NCBI GenBank assembly: GCA_964016885.1
Contig: OZ024743.1
Span: 254,634,001-254,698,000, forward strand
Origin: Eledone cirrhosa
Lineage: Eukaryota
Length of the DNA stretch: 64,000 bases
Direction of reading: 5' to 3'
Below are positions 38,811 to 51,924 of this stretch, piece after piece. The translations under genes and the position numbers were made by a program. Within the stretch, counting starts at the first letter, position 1, and each line of letters starts with the position of its first letter. Under the pieces are notes generated by a model. That model saw nothing but the letters and a program-made list of their open reading frames with translations, did no database searches and was not told where the DNA came from.

Positions 38811-39968
38811 AAGCAGTTGTTGCTGCTACTCATTTTTATTTTTAAGTTGACTGAACTGGAGCAACATAATCTGAAGCAGATTGTTTTAGGACATAGTACG
38901 CTGCCTGTTCTGGAATCAAAGCCACAAACATTTGATAGAGAATTCAAAACCCAGCTGCTAGACTAAGCTGACTTGTGACATTAGAGTATATATGAAAATA
39001 TTCAACTGCTCTATTGTATCCAATATCGTGTGTATAGTTCATTTACATTATATACACAGAATCCCTGTGTGTCGTAAGAGATAGCTAAAATGGTTGGTGC
39101 CAGGAAAGGTATCCAGCTGTAAAACATTGCCTTAAAAAGGAGTCAATGATAAGAGTTAAGCCAGCTATGAGACCTGCAAGGTTAATCCCTGTCTTGGAAG
39201 GGAACATGTCCTTAAAATGCATATTGTGTTGCAGCCAGTATTTTTGAGAATGCTCTGTTTTGTATTTTGCTAGATACACATTACTTAAAAACTAACTTCT
39301 CAAAAAATTAAAACAAAATAAAAAAAAGAAAAAGGATTATTTTCTAAAAATCTTAACACATGATGTACAAATATTCACACGCCCCTGAACAACTGCTATC
39401 ACCACCTCTCTTTGAAGTGTGCTTCAATCACTGTTGTGTTGTCAATAATCTTGGAATTAAATTAACGAGGAGAGAAAAATGAAAATATAAATATAAATAA
39501 GTTCAACGACATATGAAAAGACTTTGTGAGTAAATGATATAAGATAGTGGGGGAACAACATGAAATTTTACTTTTTAACTGACATGGTTGTTGCTTTTAG
39601 AAAATTGAGCTGCCATGGAAGGCAGATTATCACCTTCATACTGTAATACTTAAGAGAGAAGCAGGGGAGGGGAGGAGAGAGAAGCCTAATGGATGAATTT
39701 CAAAGAGATTGCAAAGATTGGAGAAGATTTTAAAAGATTTAGAAATGGACTTATGCCATTTTATTTTATTATATATTAAGATGTTTTAGTTTCTCACAAT
39801 TTTCTTCTCAGATTTGATTTATCACTTTTTATTTCATTCTTACTTTTCCGAGTTTACTTTAAAGTATGTAGCACAAGAAAGATTTTGCATCACTTACCAA
39901 AGCTAGTTGTTTTTGGCTTGATTATTCTTATAAAATTTCCTTTTTTTCTTCTTCAAAATTTTATTACA

Positions 39969-39970
<2 letters not shown>

Positions 39971-40026
<56 letters not shown>
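39971..40026. repeat. (TTA)n microsatellite
   Basis: Perfect run; source of the poly-Tyr ORF. Confidence 0.95.
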
Positions 40027-40531
40027 TCGGTGGGGTGTGTGATGTTTTTATTATGAATAGCAATTCCCACCCAAAGAGTTCAGTTCTAATGGCTGGGCAT
40101 TATTCTGGTTCCTTTTTAAATAATTTTTATTTCACTGAGTGTGAAGTAGCATCAATAATAATAAAAATAATGATAATAATAATAATGATAATAACAATAA
40201 CATTAATGATAATAAATAAAAAAAAATTGGTGGGACTATTGAGAAGAAGAAATGTCTTTGATTCTACACAACATGAATAGCAAAGATCTGAATTGACATT
40301 GAGTGGCTTTAGATGTTGGCCTTCAACATAAAGAGATGGGGGATGGTTAGACAGAGTGAGAGAGACAGGGGAAGAGAGAGAGAATAAAATAATGAAGATT
40401 TTTTACAATCTATAGGATTTCCTTTTTCATGAGGAAAAGCTAACCGATTCCCTTAGCTTCAAATAGCAATTCATTGTGAGGGTGTAATAATATATACATA
40501 CAAATATATATATATACACACACACATATAT

Positions 40532-40599
<68 letters not shown>

Positions 40600-41309
40600 A
40601 CTAGCCCAACAGACAGACTTTACTGAGAAATATATATTTCTAATGGGGGAAGAGGTTAGACAAATAAATGAAGGATACGAACAACAAAAATTTCTATACA
40701 GAAGGGGGAAAAAATCATTTCTCAACGAGTCTTTAATATTATATATTTTTCCTTTGAAATATTACTTTTATTCATTTCCTTTTGTAAGTAGAGGTAGTTA
40801 ATGTTATTTGATGAATATACACACATCTAGGCTTATATCAGAATATACAGTTGGAATTTATCACAAGACTAGTTAAGGGTACCTTTGTCAGGAGGTGGGG
40901 TATTTCTCCTGACTGAATGAGACGAATTGGCTGAAATTGTTAAAGCATTGCAAGAAATGTTTTGCAGTATATATTGTAGCTTTTTGAGTTCTGAGTTCAA
41001 ATCATGCTGAACTTACCTTTGTCCTTTCTCCTTCCAGAGGTCAATAAATGAAGTAGCAGCCTATGACAGTAGACTGGTGAAGTCATTTGAGTATGTAGTA
41101 GGTTGCCTTGCTATTTCTATTCTGGTGCCTTGATATCTGAGTTCAAATCTTATCTAGGTCAAATTTGCCTATCATTCTTCTGGGATCAAGAAAGTACCAG
41201 TCTAGGGCAGAAAACTGCTGAATTTGTTAGAGCATCTGATATGAGGCCCTGTTCAACACCATGTCTTCTGTGTTTAAACCCTACAGGGGCCTACTTGCAG
41301 GGCAGCCTT

Positions 41310-41685
41310 AATCTGTCACCCAGTTTATTGGCAGTAAATACAGAGGATATGCGAAGGCTGGAGAGAAATTCTCTGATGGAGGTGCAATGTTAATGTGTGA
41401 AATGACAAAACATGAATGAACTGAGACAGAAACTGGATATTAGGGGTATCAGACGTAGTGTGCTAGAGAGAAGAGCATGCTGGTATGAATGATGATACCT
41501 GGGTGAAAAAGTGAAAAGAAATCCCAGAAGAGGAAGACTAAAAAAAAGCTTGGCAGAGGTCAAAGAATCTAATTTCAAATCACTGGTGCTCACAGAGATG
41601 ACAACGATTGGAGAAATGCTCTACTGGAAAAAACTCATCCAAGCCAATCAAGCATGGAAAAGCAGGTGTAAGATGATAATGATGA
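41310..41685 (+). mobile_element. Decayed RTE 3' fragment
   Basis: AVNTEDMRRLERN...RRGRLKKSLAEV; gat tail. Confidence 0.75.
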
Positions 41686-42064
41686 CCTGGCTCTTGTGTG
41701 CTTTCGGGATTCTCCACTCTGTTGCAAGTATATCGGCTGTCTCTGGTTTGAACCCAGCTTTATAAGTGCAAAAAGAATAATAATGATATCAGCAATAATA
41801 ATCATGATTCATTTTATTCAAAATTAACATTAATGATGGTGATAATGATGTTTAAGCAAAACGAAACATTATCCACTCTGAAATTGGGATAAACAAATAC
41901 ATAAGATGAAACAAGAACAGACTTACTCAATATGTTCATATGCAAATCAATACCTACATTTACCACAAACATATGTGTATGAGATGTGTGTGTGTTTATA
42001 TGCATATATGTATATATATATATATAGATAGATAGATAGACAAACATATCAGTATATATATATA

Positions 42065-42450
42065 TATATGTTATTCCGGGTTTAATAGGGGGTAACCACA
42101 GTAAGTAGGGTACTCAATACATAGCAGAGTATAAATGTTTAATATAGAAAAGCTTCTACAGGACTAGAACTGTTTCATTCATGAGAAATCATCAAGAAGC
42201 TGACTGTCCAAGTAAATATGGTGGTATTTATAACTTTTCTGGTGGTAGGAGAGGATTGGGATGGGTGGAGGTCATTGGTTGATGGGTTTAAAGAAAAGGG
42301 AATTCTTTAAAAGCTAATTCTTTAATGCTATAATTTTGTATAACTTGTGGATCCAGCCGGAGCAGTTGCAGATGGCTGCTTCTGAGAGGACCTGCTGAAA
42401 GGAGTGTTTGAGGACTCTCCCTCACAACCCTCTAAGGAATAAGTGGGCAA
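42065..42450 (-). mobile_element. PLE 3' end (endonuclease C-terminal remnant plus pseudo-LTR with hammerhead)
   Basis: Minus strand: VLSEAAICNCSGWIHKL, tataaata, hammerhead at 42151-42201, then a tail shared with 37805 and 45600. Confidence 0.65.
42151..42201 (-). ncRNA. Type I hammerhead ribozyme with a C3-to-U core change
   Basis: AGCUUC-uUGAUGA-uUUCucauGAAu-GAAA-CAG uucuaguc CUG-UA-GAAGCU. All three stems form; GUA triplet. Confidence 0.7.
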
Positions 42451-42499
42451 AGAGGAAGTATATATATATATGTATGTGTGTGTTTATATAAATGTATGT

Positions 42500-43920
42500 T
42501 CAGAGTTCCACGTGCTATAATCTGGTGGGCTCTTAAAAAACTACGAGTAGATGAATGACTTGTGAAAGCTGTACAAGCCATGTATAGGGGAGCAGTCAGC
42601 AAAGTTAGGATTAGCAATGAGTATAGCGAGGAATTTAGCGTACAGGTTGGTGTCCACCAGGGCTCTGTTCTTAGCCCTCTCCTGTTCATCATAGTCCTGC
42701 AGGCAATAACGGAGGAGTTTAAGACTGGATGCCCATGGGAACTCCTGTATGCAGATGACTTCGCACTTATCACTGAATCAATGGTAGAACTAGAGAAGAA
42801 ATTCCAAACTTGGAAGCAGGGACTAGAAAGAAAGGGTCTCAAAGTCAACTTGACAAAGACTAAGATCCTTGTAAGTAGACAAGAAAACAGAACCCAGATC
42901 CTCTCAGGGAAATGGCCTTGCTCAGTATGTAGGAAAGGTGTAGGTAGGAACTCCATTCTCTGCCCCAAATGCAAACAATTGGTACACAAGAGTTGTAGCG
43001 AGATCTCAGGAAGCTTAATTAAGAATGTAGGCTTCACATGTAGCAGCTGTGTTGGGACAGCAAGCAGCAAACAGCCACAGGAAACAAGTACCACCAATCT
43101 CTGGGAGAGCTTTGTAGAAACAGTAGACACTTTCTGCTACCTAGGTGACCGAATTAGCAGCGGAGGTGGGTGTTCAGAAAGTACAATAACTAGGGTAAGA
43201 ACGGGATGGAAGAAGTTCAGGGAACTACTGCCACTGCTAGCTGCAAAAAGCTTTTCCCTCAAAATGAAAGGCAGACTGTATGATGTGTGTATACGAACAG
43301 CAATGTTACATGGTAGTGAGACCTGGGCGCTGAAGGTGGAAGACTTACGTAGATTAGAAAGAAACGAAGCCTGCATGCTCCGATGGATGTGTAATAGTAA
43401 TATACGCGAACGGCAAAGCATAAATGAATTGAGAGAGAGACTGAGCATAAGAGGAATCAAATGCTGTGTGCAGGAGAGGCGGTTGCATTGGTATGGACAT
43501 GTGATGCGTATGAAGGATGACAGCTGCATAAAAAGGTGCAGAGCACTAGAAGTTATTGGAAACCGCGGAGTGGGTCACGCAGTAATACAGAGTACCCGAC
43601 CTCCCATGGGTACAAGCTGAAGCATATAGACAATATGCCCCCACACCCTCCCACTGAAAGTGGTCGTGGAGGTGCCACGGCAAAAAAGCACCCAGCCCAC
43701 ACTGTAAAGTGGACGTGTAGGCGCCACGGAAAAAAGCACCCAGCACTCACTGTAAATGAGGTTGGTGTTAGGAACGGCATCCAGCTGTAGAAGTCAAACC
43801 CAAATCAGTTCCCGTATGAGCAAGGCATGGTCAGCTGACCAGACACTGCCCACAACAGGACAACCCGTCTAACCCATGCTAGCATGGAAGAACAGACGTA
43901 AAATGGTGATGATGATGATG
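42500..43920 (+). mobile_element. 5'-truncated RTE LINE copy C; uninterrupted 352-aa RT C-terminal frame (42562-43620)
   Basis: VGVHQGSVLSPLLF, YADD, C4HC3 insert, FCYLG, RRLHWYGHV; distinct 3' UTR; (GAT)n tail. Confidence 0.93.
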
Positions 43921-43934
43921 TGTATCTATATGTG

Positions 43935-43979
<45 letters not shown>

Positions 43980-44219
43980 GTACACACATGTATCTATATA
44001 TGTATATCTTTATACGAATTTGGCACTCTCTATCTCTAAATATATTTTATGTATGTATGAATGCACACCCATATATTTATACACACACATACACACAAAT
44101 AATTTGGCAGACACATACACACACTCGGAAATAATTCAATAAGACATGAAGTCAATCTATATAGCCTATCTTTACATATATTATAATTTCCAATTCATTA
44201 TGTGTGTTTGTGTGTATGT

Positions 44220-44408
44220 AACTATATTTAGATATATATATATATATATATATGTAAATATAAATATATATATGTAAATATTTATTTATATATATGTATG
44301 TATATGTAAATATATATATATGTATATATATACATATATATATATATATATGTATATGCAAATATGTATATGTAAATATATTTATGCATATATATATATA
44401 TATATATA

Positions 44409-44466
<58 letters not shown>

Positions 44467-44550
44467 TATGCATATATATATAATATATATACGCATATAT
44501 ATATTATATATATACGCATATATATATTATATATATACGCATATATAGAT
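44220..44550. repeat. Long degenerate (TA)n tract
   Basis: Direct inspection. Confidence 0.95.
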
Positions 44551-45189
44551 AGATATCACACAAATTTTAACGAAGGAAAGTAATTAGAATTTCAGATTTT
44601 TAAATATTGGTTGGGTGAATTCTTCTATCACTGATCATAGCAGCGAGCATATATGTAAATAATTATCTGTAAAATTTTCAGCTAGAAACCATTCTCCTGG
44701 GAGCAAATGTCATGCTAAGTAAGAAGTGCTTCTCTTGGAGATATGTAAATAATGCATTCGCAACTTTTACTCTTAACTATGCACATGCATTTAATATTTG
44801 CTGGTACCTCAAGAGACCGATTCTTTACACTACATGCACACAAGCTTGTGAAGAATAACAGGATTCTGTCTAAATAGTTTAGTAAGAGGAGAGTCTTCAT
44901 GTGTCAAATGTTTTGATTATCTTGGAAGAAGTTATAGTGTAGTGTGTGGGGAGAGAGAAAGAGGCAGAGGAGTGTGTAATGTGGCATTTCTCCAAATGTT
45001 GTTTTGTAGTTTTATTGTAACAGATGGTCTGGTTATCAGACAACTTTTTAAACTGAATGTAGATAGTGTAAATTAGTTATATAACTGAATGTACATAATA
45101 TTGAATAAAATATTTAGGAATGTGAATATGGTATATATCGTACCAAATGTTCATTTATCTCATGAGATGAAAACTTTTTTAAACAAGCT

Positions 45190-45365
45190 AAATAATTGTT
45201 TCTACTTTTGGCACAAGGCCAGCAATTATCTAGTACATTACTGGTACTTTATTTTATCTACTCCGTAAGGATGAAAGGCAAAGTTAACCTTGGCGAGATT
45301 TGAACTTGGGCCATAACTCTATGCTGCAACGCATGGCGTCGGACCCTCTACCAATACTGCCAATG
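45190..45365 (-). mobile_element. tRNA-derived SINE with (ATT)-type tail
   Basis: Reverse complement: ttggcagtattggtagaggg...agttcaaatctcgcc..gttaactttgcctttcatcctt...agtaccag...ggccttgtgccaaaagtagaaacaattatt. Confidence 0.8.
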
Positions 45366-45450
45366 CAAGTTAAATATAAAATGTGAATTTCGCATATAAG
45401 GCACTAAATGTTGTCTGACTAGCAAAGAAATGGTTTATCTCTCTCTATCA

Positions 45451-45487
<37 letters not shown>

Positions 45488-45534
45488 CACACGCACACAT
45501 ACGCACACACACACACATACATACAAACACAGAA

Positions 45535-45975
45535 ATAAAATATAGAAATGGCTTCTACAGGACTAGAACTGTTTCGTTCAGGAGAAATCAACAGAAATAT
45601 TTATACTCTGCTATGTATTGAGTACCTTACTTACTGTGGTTATCCCCCCCCCCCTCGATTGAACCCGGGTTAAACTTATCTTATATATAACTGTGTGATG
45701 TTGAGAGAAGCAAGAATGGGTGCTCAATATCAAAGTAGAATTTAATATCATTTTTTATTATGATTAAGTGATGAGATATGTTACTCAGGAGTTTCAGCTG
45801 TGTATTCACAGGATCATCAGTAGGCCATTTGATCTTCCAGATAAGAAGGACTAGATGTAGTGAGTAATGTGTTGCCTTAATGACTGGTTGAGGGCAAATG
45901 GGGGTTGGATACAAATTCACACCACATATATAGAATGGTCTTGTCTGATGAGTACACAGGCAGCCTTTTTCATTC
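45535..45975. mobile_element. Two adjacent PLE terminal remnants with hammerhead motifs
   Basis: 45551-45594(-): CUGuUGA..GAAA CAG..CUG UA, joined to a plus-strand tail. 45782-45820(-): CUGAUGA-uc-CUGUG aaua CACAG-cu-GAAA-CUC cu GAG-UA. Confidence 0.6.
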
Positions 45976-46165
45976 AAAATGTAATGAAGGAGTTAATGCG
46001 TATTAGAGAATATTCGGTCATTTAAAGAGGGTTAATTAGCAGAAGTGGTAGGCCATTGGACCAATGTCATTGTGGTATTTGTTTGGGATTTTTACGTCCT
46101 GAGTTCAAATCTTTCCTTTTCATCCTTTCAAGAATGATAAAAAAATGATAGTGCTGGGGTTGATA

Positions 46166-46815
46166 CATCTGCCTGTCACCCACCTTGTGGATTGTCTCTC
46201 TGTTGACCAATGGCCACTGGTCTCTGTCTTCTCAAGCTGGTATGCCCATTGCTGTCTTTGACAGAATTTAGCTGTTGTAATGGCTGATGTAGTGACAAAT
46301 TTTCTAATTTTTATATGTATTCAAATAAACTCTCGCTTTGTTTCAATCAGAGACAACATTGTTTATTCATTGAACTTTATCATCGCTATGATTAGCTTTC
46401 TATTTAGGACAGACACCACAGCTTGTGATCCCCTATCCTATTATTTTATTTTATTTGTTTTCTTTTGTCCTATCTCTGCTATTTGTTTTATCACACACAC
46501 ATCATACCAGCAGAAAGATTTATTTTTCTGTTGCACAATCCAACATTTTAAAATGATACTCTCAATTAAATTTTGCAAAACCATTTTGCTGGTCACTTCC
46601 AGTAACTTCTATGTGCCAACACATTTCTCCTTGTCCTCCCTGTCTTTCGATCTTTTCTATATTTCATCTGCTTGTCACTCACCTTGTGGAATGTCTCTCT
46701 TTGACAGCATTTAGCTGTTTTAACAGCTGTTCTAGTGATGAGTTTTCTCATGTTTATATGTATTCAAATACACTCTCACTTCATCTCGATCAGAGACAAC
46801 AGTGTTTTTTTCATA
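46166..46815 (+). repeat. Degenerate direct duplication, period ~450-500 bp
   Basis: 46166-46208 matches 46664-46705, and 46258-46370 matches 46700-46815. Confidence 0.7.
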
Positions 46816-48469
46816 TATACATATATATTTAAGAGAATCAGGGTTAGTGGCTGAGCACTTGCCATTTAAATAGTTACTGAAATTGGTATATGGATATCTA
46901 TTCTAAAAACCAAGATATACACTTTTTTTTCAATTCATATATATGCATGTATGCAAGTGTGTGTATATTATCCTTAGGACCATATTATTGTAAAGCAATT
47001 TTCTTAACCACACAGCAATGACTGCCTCCTTCCCTTTAATAACAAAGAGCATTTTGACATAACAATCCTGTATGAGAATATTTACATATTAATTTCATCC
47101 TCATACATACCAAACAGCGAAGACATTTTTACAACAGGATATCTATCTATGAACCCTTGGAGAATTTTACAGGAAATTTTGTTTTCACTTAATCTCCACC
47201 TTCACTCTTTTTCCTCCTGCACCATCTCCCTTCTACCATCTCATGCCAGTCTCATCATTTCAGGATTCCCTGACAAAACTGTTACCATTCTTCTCAAATG
47301 TTTTATGTGATCTATTAAAAGATATAACTTACATCGTATATTTTATTGAATAGAATTCACGTTTTTATGGATGGAGTGGGGGTTTATTTTTCAAATTCTT
47401 ATATTTTTACATTTTATGCTTTTTCCCAAATGTTTTTTGTTTTTCTTTTCTCCCAAATTTTGGGTGCTTTATTTTTCTTGTAACTATTTTGTTATTTTTA
47501 TTTATCTAATATTTTGCAGCCCATTCAAGTAAATAACTCACCCAAAATAAAGATAATAATAAAGATGATGAGGATTACCATAATAATGATAATAATATAA
47601 AAATGAATAAATAAATAGTGTTTCTTCTATTTGATTCAGTCATCCATTGCTGGCAAAACGGTTAATTTGACTACAAATTCTTGGAATCAAATTCAAATCA
47701 CAAATATAGAATGACTCGAATGTTAATGGCAGAATTGTGGGATATTGACTATTCCACAAAATAAACTCAATTAATCAAAGAAATGCACATTTACCCAATT
47801 TTCTGTTTTTATTTTACCCATTTTTTACTATGATTTTATCTATTTTTTTATTGTTGTTTTTCCCTGCTGCATGTCAAATTTTTTTTTTTTTGTGCATATA
47901 TTCTTTTTTTCTCTCTACTGCTACTTAACTCTTTGGTACTTTCAACAGCAGCCTTGTATTTGAGTCACAATAACAAAAATAAAATAATATATATATATAT
48001 TATTTTTATATGTATATATTTTTTATTTATACATATATACGTGTGTGTATATGCGTGTGTCGGGGAGAATGTGTTTGTGTATGGTGAGCATTTGCTATAT
48101 TGACTTTTAGGGTAAGGAGGGGATGAATAAAGAAAATAACACTAAAAAAATATGTTATTTTTTTCTTGCGGTGAAAATTAAGTTAGCGAAGAATATTTTC
48201 CAGCTGATGTTCTCCAGATTGTTCTATGAAGATATTAGCAGCACAGTTCCGTCCATTATTTTCTTAACATTAACAGTACATTTATGAACGTGATGTATAA
48301 CTCTAGCTTTGTAGATGTTGCTGAGATGGTTACAGGGTCAGTTTCACTTAAAAATTACTTATGACTCAAGGAACTTATTATTTTATCTATTATTTTATTT
48401 ATTTATTTTCTTTCTTTGTTGGGTCTGAAGGAAGAGCTATTGCTCATGATATTCACAGGAACCCCCCTG

Positions 48470-48810
48470 ATACAGTAAAAAATAATTCTGATAATATCCT
48501 GCTCAAAATTATTGAAATTTGATACATTTTGGAGAGACATAAGAAGTGAGGGTATTGCAGAGGTCTGATGGATGTTGCAGACAAGGACTTGATGTGTGTA
48601 ATGCGGGTCCTTTATAGCTAGCAGTGAGAGAAGAGGGGTTGGAAACAATATATTTTGTGAGAAGAGAAACAAGCAAATTGGGATTGCCTAAATGGAGGTG
48701 GTATGTGACCAGCCAACTTTGAGGAGCAGAGGCCATTTCTGTGGTGCTAGATAAGGAAGTAGGGGTGGTAATGAGGACAGAGAAGGAGAAAGAGAGGAGT
48801 AACATCATCA
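48470..48810 (-). mobile_element. Old LINE (CR1/Jockey group) C-terminal fragment
   Basis: HHRNGLCSSKLAGHIPPPFRQ resembles the YYHG.CS.EL...IPPP motif near the end of such ORF2s. Confidence 0.45.
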
Positions 48811-50084
48811 ATATAGATTGACCAATTATTAATTCCAGGCATGAAGTCTGTTTCTAAATATAGCAGTAATTTACCACAGACTGTATTACCACCATATTGG
48901 CAATTTGTCAGATCTTTGTTGATTCCATCAAAGTTTACATTTTCGTTTTTATTTTTATTTTTATTTTTCAAATTGTTTTTATCTGATTATTGTTTTATCA
49001 GTTGAAAATTGAGTTTTTTTCATTGTTAATGTTTTTGTTGGTGAGTTAGTTAGATAGGTATATATGGTGGTAGTGCAATGGTGGTGTACTTGTTTGTGTG
49101 GATATGATGTTATTATTGCCATGTAATGTTGTTGTGTGTGTGATGGTGGCTCAGTATTGTGATGGTGGAGATAGAGATGGTGTGTGTATGTGTGTTTACT
49201 TATGTAGATACATCTGTTAATGATATTGTGAGTGTGTATTCATTTGTTTACATAAATACGTGTTTATATAAATGCATTTATCTTTATAATGGTGTGTTTG
49301 TGGGTGCACGTATTTATAGTGGGATGTATATATCTGTGTGTTTATGATGGTGCGCATGCATTTATACAGATGTATATATGAGTATTTATGATGGTATTTC
49401 AATCTGTGTTTGTTTCTGTCTTAGTGTCTATAAATGTACGTGTGTTTTTATAATACTGTGCATGTATGTTTATTCATTTGTTTCTGTACATGCATGCATT
49501 TATGTTGAGTGTGTGCGTTCATTTATTTATATAGATGCATGTGTTTGAGTGTCTTTATTCATTTGGTTAATTGGGTGTTATATAGATAGATACATCTTTG
49601 GATAAAACAATATTATATCTTTTTTTTAGTATCAACACACTAGTTCACACGCACATACACAAATATTTGTTTCCCAATATGTTTATATCTATTGATCTCT
49701 TTGATTATTTATCAATCTGTCTGTTTTTCAATCATATAGACAGTGAATTAGAGTTGTAAGTGCATTAGATTAAATACATTCATATTTGTTCTGGTTCATT
49801 GTGCTCTGAGTTCAGATTCCATTGAGGTCAAACATTCCTTTCATCCCTTCAGTGTCAATAAATAAAGTATCAGTCTAGGGAGCAATGGATTGGCAGAGTT
49901 GTTAAAGTATTTTATGCTTTACAGTATCTGCTCTGGGTCTGTGCATTCTAAGTTCAAATTGTCTTTTGTTCTGCCATTTAAAATCAAGGTCGTTACCTTG
50001 AAATATCATAAATATATTTGATAAAAACCTTATTTTGTTTTGTCATCCTTTTACCTTAGTACCATCTTCATATTTCAATTTGCA

Positions 50085-50398
50085 TATGGGTTAGTGGTTA
50101 GAGCATTGGCCTTGCAATCGAAAGGTTGTGAGTTCAATTCTTAGACTGGTGATGTGTTGTTTCCTTGAGCAAGGCACTTTATTTCACATTGCTCCAGTTT
50201 ACTCAGCTGTAGAAATGAGATGATAGGGACTGGGGTCCCTATCATTCCACTGTAAAGTGGTCGTGGAGGTGCCACGGCAAAAAAGCACCCAGCACTCACT
50301 GTAAATGAGGTTGGTGTTAGGAAGGGCATCAAGCCAGAATCAGTTCATGTCCCACCCTTGCAAACAGGGAAAAGCAGACATAAAATGATGATGATGAT
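50085..50398 (+). mobile_element. Composite SINE: tRNA-like head, central domain, RTE-derived tail
   Basis: Head gggttagtggttagagcattggccttgcaatcgaaaggttgtgagttcaattc; body tccttgagcaaggcactttatttcac; tail near-identical to the RTE 3' UTR at 43655-43785. Confidence 0.8.
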
Positions 50399-50471
50399 CA
50401 TTGTACGGGCTTTCCAAACACCTTATTATTAATTACATATCTTACAATGCTTCATATAAACTATGCTGTAT

Positions 50472-51290
50472 AACATCATCATCATTGATTATTACATCCC
50501 TTTTTCCATGCTTGTATGAATGGGATGGGTCCTTTCCAGCTCAGAATATCTCCACATGCCATGTTCTTTCATCATCTTTGTGAATATCAGTAACTTGAGA
50601 TCAGCTCTCACTAACCCTGCCCAGGTCTTCCTTGGTCTACCTCTACTGCTTCCTTCCATTGAGATTTCCTGGTACTTCTTCAACCAGTGATTATTATCCA
50701 TGTGTATCATGTCTGTACCAATAAAATCTCTCTTGTACATCTCTTCGGATTCCTCTTAAATCCAGTTTCTCTCTCAGTTTATCCAAGCTCTACATTTATC
50801 TCACATTTACATTGCACATCCATGTCTTCTGCAGTCACTGCCCATGTTTCACTGCCACCCTTTTGTATGTAGGGGGAAGACTTTTATTATCAACAGAGGG
50901 ATCGCTCTCTAAACTTCTTCCATCCTATGCTTAGTTTAGCAAGTATAATCCCAGAGTCCCACTTCTGCTGCTAATTATGTCAGCTCGATAGCAGAAGCTA
51001 TCAACCATTTCTATGGATCCTTCATGTGATTGGATAAGGTTTATATCACTAACGCTCTTTCCCTCGATTACCCCTGTGCATCTTTTACACACAAAGTCAT
51101 GTCTTCCTGTTAGTCTACCTGTTATCCCACTACATCTCTTGTGTATCCAAGATTTACATTATGTACATCATATGGAGCTTATGTCTACTCATATTGAGCA
51201 TGGCCACTTCCCATAATGAATCAGTGTCCTATTTTCTTTCCTACGTAACAGCACTTTAGGTTTAGCTTTGTTTACTCTGACCTTTTGAAC
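50472..51290 (-). mobile_element. Decayed RTE 3' half
   Basis: Minus strand: GKWPCSIC, RIGWKKFRE, SRGRPRKTWAGLV; tail seen as (ATC)n. Confidence 0.8.
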
Positions 51291-51489
51291 CCAATGCTCA
51301 GCCACTTACACATTAATTTCATAAGCAGGCTGTCCCATTAATCATACAGTTGGAACACTTATCGTCAAAACTGGTTGAGGTGTATTCCATTCCATATTCC
51401 TTTCTTTTAGATAACAACTTTAAATATAAAAGAAAAATGCCTAGAAAAAAAGTAAAGTAGATAAAACTATTAGAAACATTGTAATGAAT

Positions 51490-51924
51490 AGTATTGATAC
51501 CAAACCATCTGAAGCCACCTCTGGTTCTATAATACTAAGATGTTTATTTTCAAATGTTTATATGATTATATCTTGAAAATCTTCCATGATAATTTTATGT
51601 AGAAAATGTTTAATGCTGTTTTCTAAACAGCCTAATAATTGTTTCTACTTTTGGAACAAGGCCAGCAATTACCCAGTGCATTACTCGTACTTTATTTTAT
51701 CGACCCTGTAAGGATGAAAGGAAAAGTTAACCTCGACGGGATTTAACTCAGATCGTAAAGGGCCATAACTATGGTGGAAAGCATGGCGTCCGACCCTCTA
51801 CTGACACTGCCAATTCACCACCCAATAAACAGCCTAATAATGAAAAGGTTACATTACTAAATGCCTCTAAATTTTTGATTATTTTTCAAATGATTCATTG
51901 AAAATATGATAAGCAGAGGGTTAA
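51490..51924 (+). mobile_element. MITE-like repeat interrupted by a SINE
   Basis: gataccaaaccatctgaa...ctggttctat start, gagggttaa end. Confidence 0.55.
51640..51825 (-). mobile_element. Full-length SINE with a 16-bp target-site duplication
   Basis: taaacagcctaataat at 51624-51639 and 51826-51841 flanks the element. Confidence 0.9.

Noticed and set aside
50085-50145. Possible tRNA gene
   Set aside because: A/B-box-like motifs but no complete acceptor stem or terminator; it continues into a SINE body.
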